Source: an uncultured Eubacteriales bacterium (lineage in GTDB: Bacteria > Bacillota > Clostridia > Christensenellales > Aristaeellaceae). From it: a stretch of DNA of 64,000 nucleotides. Of the stretch, positions 53,016 through 61,982 are shown piece after piece; position 1 is the stretch's first letter, and each line of letters begins with the position of its first letter. The translations under genes were made by a program, and so were the position numbers. The stretch covers positions 17,302 through 81,301 of the forward strand of contig CADCHI010000007.1 of the NCBI GenBank assembly GCA_902801165.1. The letters run 5' to 3'. The notes below the pieces were generated by a model. That model was given only the letters and a program-made list of their open reading frames with translations. It did not search any database and was not told the origin of the DNA.

Positions 53016-54782
53016 CTATTCCTTCACCAGCTCGATGGTTACCTCTCCCCCGCCGGGTTCGGTGGGATATTCCCGCTCGGCATCGAAGGCGTAGCCCTCG
53101 GGGGCCTGGATCACCTTGATGTGGTAGGCCAGCGCCTCGCCCTCGAATTCCGCGACGCCCGCGCCGTCGCCAAAGACAGCGGTGCACGTCGCGTCGGTAC
53201 AGAAGGTGACCGCGCAGTCCGGCACCGGATCGCCGTTCTGGTCCACGAACAGCACCCTGTACGAAGCGGTCCCGGCCACAGCGGACTCCGCGGCGGCCCC
53301 CGCGGGCTCCGCCTCGCTCCAACTCACCGCGATGCCGTAGGAGGCGAGGTAGTCGACGAAGGCGTCCACGCCCTCCGCGCCCTTGAAGAGCAGCGCGCCG
53401 CGCACGTCCTCGCTGCTGCGGACCTCCGGGTCGGCATAGACGTACAGGAAGGTGTAGTCCCAATCGCCGTCCCCCATCGACAGCGCCTTTCCGTAGCCGC
53501 TGCCGTCGGCCTCGAGCAGTTCGGAAACCGGCACGAAGGCGCTGTCCAGGTCAAAGCGGAGGAAGGCGACGTCGGGGTCGATGTCCGGCGTCAGGGTCAC
53601 GAACGCAGAAACGGAAGCGCCGTCGACGATCCAGAACTGGTCCACGGCAAAGCTGCGGGTCAGCACGCCGGCGGGGTCGTCGAAGGCGATCGCCCGGAGC
53701 CCCTCCCCGGTCACGTCGAGGGCAAAGCGCTCCCCAACGGGATAAGCGGGCAGCGCCGCCAGCGCGGCCGCGGCGTCCTCGCCGTGGGCCAGCCGCACGC
53801 CGCTGATCCAGGCCGCGTCCTCGCCGTCGCGGCTGTAGTCGTCCTTCTCATAGCCCAGGGCGATCTCGTGGGTGCCCGCCGCCAGTGGCACCGCCCACGG
53901 GGTCCAGTCCCGCGTGCCGGGGAAGCGCTTCTTCACCTCGCCGTCCACGGACACGAACATGCCGTCGAATATCGCCTCGGCGGAGGTGCGCACCTTGAAC
54001 ACCAGGGCGTCCCCCTCCCGGGCCTCCACGGTTGCGAGCACCTCGGCCACGGTGCTGTCTGCGCCGGCGTTGGTGGAAACCAGGGCCCTGCGCCCCTCGA
54101 TCTCCACCGGCTGCATGAGCCAAAAGCGGGCGTCCTCCGGGTTGCGGAAGGCGATGTCGCTGCCCTCGGCGTTGGCCGCCGCGCTCAGCGCCTCGGCGCT
54201 CGCGCCGACGTCCCCGGGCCGCAGGGTCGGGAAGCCCGTCAGCGGCGTGGTTTCGGTGTAGCTGTCGCTGAGGAAGAAGTCAAACATCTGGGTGAATGCC
54301 GACGTGGAGGACTGCGCGCCCACCTCCACGATGGCCACGTTGCCAAACCGGTCCACCACCACGGTGGTGGGGATGCCCGAGGTGACGAATTTGCGCGCAA
54401 GGCCCACGCCGCTGTCGCTGCCGATGGGGAAGGTCAGGCCGTGCTCCTCGGCGAAGGTGGCCAGCTTCTCATCGTCGTCCGTCGGCTCCGTGGTCAGGGC
54501 GATCACCGCCACGCGGTCGCTGTACTGCTCGTAGGCCTCCTCCAGGTAGGGGAATTCCAGCACGCAGTAGGTGCACCAGGTGGCCCACAGGTTGATGACC
54601 ACCAGGTCGTGGGTTTCGAGCGCCTCGGACAGCGAAAACTCGCCGCCGTCGATGGTCTGCACGGCAAAGTCATCCAGCGGCTGGCCCAGTCCCTCCGCGG
54701 GCTCCGCCCAAGCCGGCGCAGACAGCGCCGACAGCAGGGCCAGCGCCAGGACCAGCGCCAGCCATCGCTTCATTGATCTCAT
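53016..54782 (-). CDS. Secreted TlpA/ResA-like thioredoxin-fold protein with a C-terminal extension of about 430 aa and unknown function
   Basis: Signal peptide, then VVINLWATWCTYCVLEFPYL (CxxC). The remainder shows no recognisable motifs. Confidence 0.75.
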   Translation of the reverse strand: MRSMKRWLALVLALALLSALSAPAWAEPAEGLGQPLDDFAVQTIDGGEFSLSEALETHDLVVINLWATWCTYCVLEFPYLEEAYEQYSDRVAVIALTTEPTDDDEKLATFAEEHGLTFPIGSDSGVGLARKFVTSGIPTTVVVDRFGNVAIVEVGAQSSTSAFTQMFDFFLSDSYTETTPLTGFPTLRPGDVGASAEALSAAANAEGSDIAFRNPEDARFWLMQPVEIEGRRALVSTNAGADSTVAEVLATVEAREGDALVFKVRTSAEAIFDGMFVSVDGEVKKRFPGTRDWTPWAVPLAAGTHEIALGYEKDDYSRDGEDAAWISGVRLAHGEDAAAALAALPAYPVGERFALDVTGEGLRAIAFDDPAGVLTRSFAVDQFWIVDGASVSAFVTLTPDIDPDVAFLRFDLDSAFVPVSELLEADGSGYGKALSMGDGDWDYTFLYVYADPEVRSSEDVRGALLFKGAEGVDAFVDYLASYGIAVSWSEAEPAGAAAESAVAGTASYRVLFVDQNGDPVPDCAVTFCTDATCTAVFGDGAGVAEFEGEALAYHIKVIQAPEGYAFDAEREYPTEPGGGEVTIELVKE

Positions 54783-54835
54783 TTATCTGTGACTCCCTCT
54801 CCGGCCTCGCGCCGGGGTCGTATCCAATGGGGGAT

Positions 54836-55123
54836 TCAATAGTGATCGAAGGCGGCCTTGCAAACGACCTTCTTCTCCAGGTCCCCGTTCAACTTCTCCA
54901 CCAGCGGATGGGCCAGGTAGGCCTTCAGCTGCTCCTCGCCGCCTAGCTCCACTTCGGTCATCAGATCGAAGTCCGAATGCGTCTCCATGCAGCTGCGGCG
55001 GATGACCGGGCGGTTCATCCAATCCAGCTCGTCGTCCAGCTTCTGGAACACCTTCCAGATCTTCTCCTGCACCTTGATGGGGTCCACACCCTCGGCCACC
55101 TTCAGCAGTACGCAGTGCTTCAT
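54836..55123 (-). CDS. Dabb (stress-responsive alpha/beta barrel) family protein
   Basis: MKHCVLLKV... HPLVEKL ... AFDHY, about 95 aa. RBS GGAGGG. Confidence 0.8.
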   Translation of the reverse strand: MKHCVLLKVAEGVDPIKVQEKIWKVFQKLDDELDWMNRPVIRRSCMETHSDFDLMTEVELGGEEQLKAYLAHPLVEKLNGDLEKKVVCKAAFDHY

Positions 55124-55217
55124 AGCAAACCCTCCATTCGCCCGAACCGGGCCGTCGTCGTAATCTGAGCGCAGAAAGCGCCCGATGCCATCATTATAGC
55201 ATCGAGCGCCTTCGCCG

Positions 55218-55934
55218 TCAAACCGTCAATTCTCCCATCACCTGCGCCACGTCCTCCCGAAGCACCAGGTCGGCGCGGGCATCCGCAGGCGTGGGCTCGG
55301 CATTGATCACCACCAGCCGCTTGCCGTGGAAATAGCCCAGGAAGGAGGCGGCGGGCTCCACGGACAGGGAGGTGCCCGCCACGATCAGCGTATCGCAGTT
55401 CGAGATCTCCCGGCAGGCCCCCATGCAGGTGTACTTGTCCGGGGCCTCCCCGTAGAGCACCACCCAGGGCTTCACCACGCCGCCGCAGCGATCGCACCGG
55501 GGAATGCCCTCGGAGGCCAGCACCTTCTCCACGCCGTAGAAGGCGTTGCAGTCCATGCAGTAGTTCTCGTGCACGCTGCCGTGGATCTCGTACACCCGGC
55601 GGTTCCCGGCCATCTTGTGGAGGCCGTCGATGTTCTGGGTCACGATCCCCCGCAGCTTGTCCGCGCGCTCCAGCTCGAACAGCTTCCTGTGGGCGGCGTT
55701 GGGCCGCGCCTCCGGGTGGAGCATGAACTGCCGGTAGAAGCGGAAGAAGCGCTCCGGCTCCATGTAGAAGAAGGAGGCGCTCAGGGCCATCTCCGGCGTC
55801 AGGCCCTCCCACTCTTGGCCGTACAGGCCGCCGGGGCCGCGAAAATCCGGGATGCCGCTGGCCGTAGACACCCCCGCGCCGCCGAAGAACACGATCCGCC
55901 GGGACCTGTCAATGATGCTCTGCAGTTCGGACAT
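55218..55934 (-). CDS. cobB: NAD-dependent protein deacylase (Sir2 family)
   Basis: FFGGAGVSTASGIPDFRG, QNIDGLH, and Zn ribbon CMDC...CDRCGG. ATG at 55934 preceded by GGAGG at 8-nt spacing. Confidence 0.85.
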   Translation of the reverse strand: MSELQSIIDRSRRIVFFGGAGVSTASGIPDFRGPGGLYGQEWEGLTPEMALSASFFYMEPERFFRFYRQFMLHPEARPNAAHRKLFELERADKLRGIVTQNIDGLHKMAGNRRVYEIHGSVHENYCMDCNAFYGVEKVLASEGIPRCDRCGGVVKPWVVLYGEAPDKYTCMGACREISNCDTLIVAGTSLSVEPAASFLGYFHGKRLVVINAEPTPADARADLVLREDVAQVMGELTV

Positions 55935-55979
55935 GGCTGTCGCCTCCGCACGTGCGTTGTTCATGCTTACGCCCTTCAA

Positions 55980-57827
55980 TCAGTCGTAGATCTTCCTGCC
56001 GTGGGCGTCCGGAACGCCGCTCATGCGGTGGAAGAAGGTGTTGATCACGTCCCGCCACTCCCGGGCGTTGGCCTGCTGCATCGCCATGCGGCGCAGCGCC
56101 TCGTCCCGATCCGGCTGGGGCAGGTCGAGCCCCTCCAGGGTCCGGGCCATGGCGTCTACCTCTTCGGCGCCCTGGAAGTGGTCGTCGTAGATGCGCTGGA
56201 TCAGCGTGCGACCGTCGGGCATCTTGTAATCATAGGGCAGCCGGTGGAAGAACAGCAGCAGCCGCTCGGGGCAGCGCTCGAGATCCTCGAAGCCCGCCCG
56301 GATCTCCTCCGGGTACTGGGCCGCGTAGCCAGTGCCCTTTGACGTGCGGTCGATGCCCACGGCATCGCGGTCCGCGCGGTTGTAGGTGCCCCAGCTGTCA
56401 AACTCATACCCCATGGGGCTGGGGCCGTAGTGCAGGCCCGGGCGCACCATCCAGCAGAGGCCCAGCGGCGCGGTGTAGCGCTCGTAGGTCTCCCGGCTGG
56501 CCAGCAGCATGGCCGTCAGCGCGTCCTCCTGGCCTCCCGGCAGGGCGTAGGTCAGCCGGACCCAGCGGCGGATCACCCGCTCCGGGTCCACCCAGGGATT
56601 CCAGGCGTACTGTCCGAACCCGAACAGGTTCACCGCGGCGAAGGGATGGCCGGTGTAGTTCCAGTCCCGGCCCAGGTTGCCCACCGCGGCCACGGCGTCC
56701 ACCGTCTCCGGGGGCAGCTGGTCCGCCAGCTCCCGCCACATGGGGTTCATGGCGTACAGGTCGATCTGGTGGCCGGTGTACTCCTGGGCCAGCTGCACCT
56801 CCATGGCCAGGCGGGTGTTCGGCATGGCGTACAGCGTGGGCGACACGGGCTCCCGCACCTGGAAGTCAAAGGGGCCGTTCTTCACCTGCAGGATCACGTT
56901 GTCGTCAAACTGGCCGTCCAGCGGCGCGTAGGTCTCATAGGCCGCCATGGGCCGGTCGGTCTTGGCGTCCCGCCAGTCCTGCTGGCAGTTGTACACGAAG
57001 GCCCGCCACACCAGCACGCCGCCGTGGGGCGCGATGGCCCGGGCCAGCATGTTCGCGCCCTCGGCGTGGCTGCGGCCATAGGTGAACGGGCCGGGGCGAT
57101 GCTCGCTGTCCGCCTTCACCAGGAAGCCCGCGAGGTCGGGAACGGCCTGCCAGACCGCGTCGGCGCAGTCCCGCCACCAGCGCTGCACGCGCTCGTCCAG
57201 CGGGTCGGCGGTGTCCAGACCGTGAGCCACGGGCCGGGCGAAGTCGATGGACACCATCAGCTTCACGCCGTAGGGGCGGAACGCCGCCGCCAGCCGCGCC
57301 AGGTCTGGCAGGTAGTCCTCGATCAGCAGGGCCGCCTCGTCCCGCACGTTCACGTTGTTGACGCACAGCACGTTGATGCCCACGGAGGCCAGCGCCCGGG
57401 CCAGCTGGCGCACGCGCCCGTCGTCCCAGGCCATGCGGCCGCCCTCAAACCACAGGGACCGGCCGGAGTAACCCCGCTCGATGTCCCCGCTGGCGTCGTC
57501 CCAGCAGTTCAGCATGCGCAGGCCGTAGAAGGGCTTCTGCGTTCCCTCGGGAAGCGCTTCGCCGCAGACCGCGGCCTCCAGCCAGGCATAGGCCCCGTAC
57601 AGCAGGCCGGTGGGGCCGCCGACGATCTCCGGGCCCGCCCCGCCCTCGCGGAAGGCGTAGGCCTCCCCCATGTCCGCGTCCTCGACCAGCGCCGGCGCGG
57701 GCATTCCCAGCGCCGCGCACCCGGCCTTCAACTCATATTCCGCCACGCTTTGCGGCGTATCGCACGCTGCCGGCGCCAGCTCCCCCAGGCGGGGCAGCCA
57801 CAGCCGGCAAGTCTTTTCGCTCATCAT
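55980..57827 (-). CDS. Alpha-glucuronidase (GH67-like)
   Basis: LRMLNCWDDASGDIERGYSGRSLWF and NVLCVNNVNV resemble the GH67 catalytic core. ATG at 57827 preceded by AAAGGA. Confidence 0.75.
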   Translation of the reverse strand: MMSEKTCRLWLPRLGELAPAACDTPQSVAEYELKAGCAALGMPAPALVEDADMGEAYAFREGGAGPEIVGGPTGLLYGAYAWLEAAVCGEALPEGTQKPFYGLRMLNCWDDASGDIERGYSGRSLWFEGGRMAWDDGRVRQLARALASVGINVLCVNNVNVRDEAALLIEDYLPDLARLAAAFRPYGVKLMVSIDFARPVAHGLDTADPLDERVQRWWRDCADAVWQAVPDLAGFLVKADSEHRPGPFTYGRSHAEGANMLARAIAPHGGVLVWRAFVYNCQQDWRDAKTDRPMAAYETYAPLDGQFDDNVILQVKNGPFDFQVREPVSPTLYAMPNTRLAMEVQLAQEYTGHQIDLYAMNPMWRELADQLPPETVDAVAAVGNLGRDWNYTGHPFAAVNLFGFGQYAWNPWVDPERVIRRWVRLTYALPGGQEDALTAMLLASRETYERYTAPLGLCWMVRPGLHYGPSPMGYEFDSWGTYNRADRDAVGIDRTSKGTGYAAQYPEEIRAGFEDLERCPERLLLFFHRLPYDYKMPDGRTLIQRIYDDHFQGAEEVDAMARTLEGLDLPQPDRDEALRRMAMQQANAREWRDVINTFFHRMSGVPDAHGRKIYD

Positions 57828-57855
57828 GATCGTCCTTTCGGTCAAATGCGTTTAT

Positions 57856-58389
57856 TCAGCCTCCGAAGCCGTTGAACCAGGCCCGCTCCTCCAGGGGCTT
57901 CTTGTGGGGCCGCCGGATCTCCTCGGCCGCGACGCCCACGGGCAGCACGCACACCAGCTTGTATTCGTCGGGCACGCCCAGCCGCGCGGCCAGCTTGCCG
58001 CCGAGGTCGTCCTCGTCGGTGACGTGGCCCTCGAACCAGCAGCTCTCATAGCCCAGCTCCACGATGGCCAGCAGCATGTTCTGGATGGCGGCGCTGTAGT
58101 CCTGCACATTGAACACGCGGTCCCGATAGGCCACGATGGGTCGGGTCAGCACCAGGATCCAGGCCGGGGCGGTGTCGCCGATGCGGGGCATCACCAGGGC
58201 CTTCAGCTCGTCCAGCAGCGCGGGGTCGTCCACCGCGATGAAGGATGTGGTCTGCTTGTTGCAGCCGGAGGGCGCGGCGCAGCCCGCCTCCAGTATGGCC
58301 CTCAGATGCTCCCTCGGCACGGGGTCGGCCTTGTACGCGCCGCGATAGCTCGCCCGCGCGGCGATGGTCTCCAGCGTATTCATGTTCAT
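57856..58389 (-). CDS. Nitroreductase family protein
   Basis: RASYRGAYKADPVPREHLRAILEAGCAAPSGCNKQ. The ATG overlaps the GH2 stop (ATGA). Confidence 0.85.
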   Translation of the reverse strand: MNMNTLETIAARASYRGAYKADPVPREHLRAILEAGCAAPSGCNKQTTSFIAVDDPALLDELKALVMPRIGDTAPAWILVLTRPIVAYRDRVFNVQDYSAAIQNMLLAIVELGYESCWFEGHVTDEDDLGGKLAARLGVPDEYKLVCVLPVGVAAEEIRRPHKKPLEERAWFNGFGG

Positions 58390-61300
58390 TCCTCCTCGCC
58401 GTCGATCGGTTCAAATCGGAAGCCTTCAAAGTCAAACCTGCACCCGGGCAGGAACACGAACGTCACGTCGCAGACGCCTCCCGGCGCCGCGAACTCAAAG
58501 GACTGTTCACCGGGCCCGGGCGCGCCCTCGAAGCGGCACTCCCGGGTGGTCTGTTCGCCGTCCCGGGCGGTGAAGCGCACCTGCACAGGGTTCACCGGCA
58601 GCGGCGTGAAGCCCTCCAGGGTCAGCCGCACGGCGCGGTGTTCGCCGAAGTCCATGCCCGAAAACACCAGCGAGACGTTGTTGCCGATGTCCCGCACCGC
58701 GCCGCCGTCCCGGGTGAAGCTGTCGCCGTAGACGGCGTCGGCGTCCCCGGCCCGCAGCCGCAGCCAGGCCCGGCTCTGCCGGATGAAGCGGAAGCCCTTC
58801 AAATGCACCTTGCTCTCCATGGCGAAGCAGACCGTCTGCACGCCGGTGAAGCGCGACGGCAGCTTCCAACGCTCGACCTGGTACACATTCCAGCGGCTGG
58901 GCTTCTGGTAGGGCAGCGTCGCCACCCGCTCCCCGCCCCTGCGGGGATCCCCCCGGTACAGCGCGATCTCATAGGCGCCGCCGTCCAGGGCGAAAACCGG
59001 CAGCTCGATCTCGTCCGAGCCCACCGGGCCGAAGTCCACGTTCTCAAAGCCCGCCATGCTCCAGCCGTCCCGGGCGAAGGCGATGCCCTTCTCGTTGCCC
59101 GGGGTGATCTCGCCGTCGGACAGGCTGTAGAGCCCCGCGGAGACGAATCCGTAGGGATCGAGCCCGGCGCTGCCGAAGCCGCGCGCCTCGATCTCCAGCT
59201 GGGAGATGACCCGGGCGTGGTCCGCACCGTTGCCGCAGACAGCCCGCAGGTACACCCTGCCGTCGCCCACGCCATTCACCCGGACGCCGCCCGGCTCCGG
59301 CGAGAGGGTCGCGCAGGGGCTCTCGATGCCCGCCGCGTTGACGACGCGCCACTGGATCTCCTGCGCCGCCGCGCTCTCCGGCAGCAGCGCCGCCGCGAAC
59401 CGCGCGGTGGGATGCTCCAGCGTCAGCAGCGTGCCTTCCAGCGGACGGATGTCGATGCGCCGCGCCTCGATGGGGCGGGTTGCTTCCCCGGCCTGCGTCG
59501 CGACGCCCATGGCGCGGCCGTGACCGGGCCTGCCCGTCGCGGGAAAGAACTCGATCCGAAGCTCCCCGGCAGCGAGGCCCTCGGCCTCGGCACGCACCAC
59601 CGCCGTGCCGGGTTCGTCTGTCGCGCCGATCATGGCCAGCAGCTTCCCGCTGAACAGCCTGCGGCAGTCGGTCTTGTAGCCGTCCGGGTCGGTGCTGTCG
59701 CCGTTGTCCAGCCCCAGCAGCCGCGCCGGTCCCTCGACGCTCACCCGCACCCGGTCCACCGCGTTCTCCACGGGGTTGCCGAGGGCGTCCAGCGCCTCGA
59801 TGGCGACGAAGCACACGTCCTCCCCGTCAGCAAGGAGCGTCGTCCGCTCCGCCGTCAGCGTCAGGGAAGCGCTGTTCCCGGGGGTACGGCGGATGTCCGA
59901 AGCGATCACCGCGCCGGATTCATCCCGGCACAGGACTTTCAGCTCGCCCGGCTCGAAGGGCACCTGCCACAGCGCCACGCTCTCCTCGGGAACGCGCAAA
60001 TCCAGCGCCCGGACGCCCAGGCTGTTGCCGTTCAGCAGCAGCTCCACGGCCGCGCCATTGGCGTAGACCGGCACGTCGATCAGCTGGCCCCGATTCCAGT
60101 CCCAGCTGACGCCGATGTGGGCCATGGGCTCCGGGTTCCACAGGGCCTTGACCTGATGCCATGCGTCCTTCGGGAAGCCGGCGGTGTCCGCCATGCCGAA
60201 GTAGCAGCTGCGGGTGTGATAGGGCGTGGGCTCGCCGATGTAGTCAATGCCGCTCCACAGGAACTGGCCCAGCGTCCAGGGGGTGTTCAGGTCGTCCACC
60301 AGGCAGCGGCGCATGTCCTGGGTGCCCCAGGAGGTGAGGCTGTTGCCCAGGGCCGAGCACTGCAAATCCTCCTCCGAGAGGATCTTCGCCTCCAACGGGA
60401 AGTGATAGACGCCCCGGCTGGACAGCATCGAGGCGGTCTCGCTGCCGTAGATCGCCCAGTCGGGATGGGCGGCGCGATGGGCCTCGTAGTACTTCTCAGC
60501 GTAGTTGTACCCGGCGATCTTCAGCGCGTCGGCGCACTTCTGCGCGCCATCCCAAGGCATGTAGTTGCTGCCCATGGTCGCCCGAGCGTTGCCGTCGGGA
60601 TCCCAACGCTCCACCTCCCTGCGGATCGCGGCGGTCAGGGCCGGGGCCTCCGGGGAGACGTGGCAGTCCAGGATCTCGTTGCCGATGGACCACAGGATCA
60701 CGCAGGGGTGGTTCCGGTCCCGGCGCACCCAGGAGCGCACATCCGAGCGCCAGTTTTCCTCAAAGAACCGGGCATAGTCGAAGGGGTTCTTGGGGAGGGC
60801 CCACATGTCGAAGGCCTCGTCCACCACCAGCAGGCCCTCCTCGTCGCAGATGTCCAGCGCCCGGGCCGCGGGCGGGTTGTGGGACGTCCGCAGGGCGTTG
60901 GCCCCCATCCGCTTCATCAGGCGCACCTGGCGGCGGAAGGCGGCAGCGTTGAAGGCCGAGCCCAGGGCGCCGAGGTCGTGGTGCAGGCACACGCCGTGCA
61001 GCTTGGTCGGCACGCCGTTGAGCAAAAAGCCCCGCTCCGGGTCGAAGGCCGTCTGCCGCAGTCCGATCCGGACCGTCTCGGCCTGCCCCGCGACCGCGCA
61101 GGTCAGCGCGTACAGCCGCGGCGCGTCGCAGCTCCACAGCAGGGGCCGCTCCACCCGAAGCTCCGCCCTGAGGACGTCTCCGGCATCGGCCACCGAGGTT
61201 TCGCCTACCGGGTTCCCGTCGGGGTCCGCAAGCCGCAGGGCCACATTCCCGCCCCGGGGCGCGCCCTCCAGCTCCACGTCCACCGTCACGCGCCACGCGC

Positions 61301-61790
61301 CGTCCCCCTCCGGGGCGCAGCGGACGTACAGGCCATCCGGCGCGATGTGGCGCAGCGACAGCGCCGACAGCGTGACATCCCGGAAGATGCCCGCGCCGGA
61401 GTACCAGCGGGAGTTGGGCGCGCGGTGGCGCACGCAGACCATCAGGTCGTTCTCCGCCGCCCTGAGCGCCTCGTTCAGGGGCACGTCGAAGGCGGTGTAG
61501 CCGTAGCGGTGAGTGGCCAGCAGGGTCCCGTTCAGCCAGACGTCGCAGTCCATGTAGACGCCGTCGAACCGCAGGGACCAGTCCAGCGCGGCGAAGTCCT
61601 CCGGCGCGACCAGCGCGCGGCGGTACCAGCCGTCCCCGTCCTCGTACAGGGCGTCCGCCTGCCAGATCAGCCAATCGTGGGGAATGTCCACCGCCTGCCA
61701 GGAGGCCTCTGGCAGGCGCTGGACAGCCTCCAGGTCGCTGCCCGGCGCCAGCTTCACGAAGTTCCAGTTGTCGTTGATCAGTCGATGCAT
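58386..61790 (-). CDS. Glycoside hydrolase family 2 protein with C-terminal accessory/carbohydrate-binding domains
   Basis: NDNWNF, GANALRTSHNPP, PCVILWSIGNE (acid/base Glu). Long C-terminal beta-rich region. Confidence 0.85.
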   Translation of the reverse strand: MHRLINDNWNFVKLAPGSDLEAVQRLPEASWQAVDIPHDWLIWQADALYEDGDGWYRRALVAPEDFAALDWSLRFDGVYMDCDVWLNGTLLATHRYGYTAFDVPLNEALRAAENDLMVCVRHRAPNSRWYSGAGIFRDVTLSALSLRHIAPDGLYVRCAPEGDGAWRVTVDVELEGAPRGGNVALRLADPDGNPVGETSVADAGDVLRAELRVERPLLWSCDAPRLYALTCAVAGQAETVRIGLRQTAFDPERGFLLNGVPTKLHGVCLHHDLGALGSAFNAAAFRRQVRLMKRMGANALRTSHNPPAARALDICDEEGLLVVDEAFDMWALPKNPFDYARFFEENWRSDVRSWVRRDRNHPCVILWSIGNEILDCHVSPEAPALTAAIRREVERWDPDGNARATMGSNYMPWDGAQKCADALKIAGYNYAEKYYEAHRAAHPDWAIYGSETASMLSSRGVYHFPLEAKILSEEDLQCSALGNSLTSWGTQDMRRCLVDDLNTPWTLGQFLWSGIDYIGEPTPYHTRSCYFGMADTAGFPKDAWHQVKALWNPEPMAHIGVSWDWNRGQLIDVPVYANGAAVELLLNGNSLGVRALDLRVPEESVALWQVPFEPGELKVLCRDESGAVIASDIRRTPGNSASLTLTAERTTLLADGEDVCFVAIEALDALGNPVENAVDRVRVSVEGPARLLGLDNGDSTDPDGYKTDCRRLFSGKLLAMIGATDEPGTAVVRAEAEGLAAGELRIEFFPATGRPGHGRAMGVATQAGEATRPIEARRIDIRPLEGTLLTLEHPTARFAAALLPESAAAQEIQWRVVNAAGIESPCATLSPEPGGVRVNGVGDGRVYLRAVCGNGADHARVISQLEIEARGFGSAGLDPYGFVSAGLYSLSDGEITPGNEKGIAFARDGWSMAGFENVDFGPVGSDEIELPVFALDGGAYEIALYRGDPRRGGERVATLPYQKPSRWNVYQVERWKLPSRFTGVQTVCFAMESKVHLKGFRFIRQSRAWLRLRAGDADAVYGDSFTRDGGAVRDIGNNVSLVFSGMDFGEHRAVRLTLEGFTPLPVNPVQVRFTARDGEQTTRECRFEGAPGPGEQSFEFAAPGGVCDVTFVFLPGCRFDFEGFRFEPIDGEEE

Positions 61791-61916
61791 TGCTCGCGTA
61801 CTTCCCTTCAAGCCCTAACGCCTCTCGCTTGAGGCGTTTGCGGATGATTGCCGACGCATTCCCGCGGAATCCGTCGGTCCGGAAAACCGTTTCGGCTTTC
61901 CCATTCATGTTAGGTC

Positions 61917-61950
61917 CTAAAAAGGGGGAGCAGTTTGAAACCGCTCCCCC
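61917..61950 (-). terminator. Intrinsic terminator after the solute-binding protein gene
   Basis: GGGGGAGC / GCTCCCCC stem, followed by TTTTT on the minus strand. Confidence 0.7.
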
Positions 61951-61982
61951 AGTTCCGGACGACGGGCGTCGCCCTTCAGCCG

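Noticed and set aside
58245-61832. 1195-aa plus-strand ORF. Similar cases are 61935..63653, 16126..18381, 20272..21744, 23002..24519, 28345..29436, 52977..54776 and 56430..57875.
   Set aside because: Each is a shadow ORF opposite a gene with recognisable family motifs (GH2, SBP, transglutaminase-like, flavodoxin-like, MATE, epimerase, TlpA-like, GH67).
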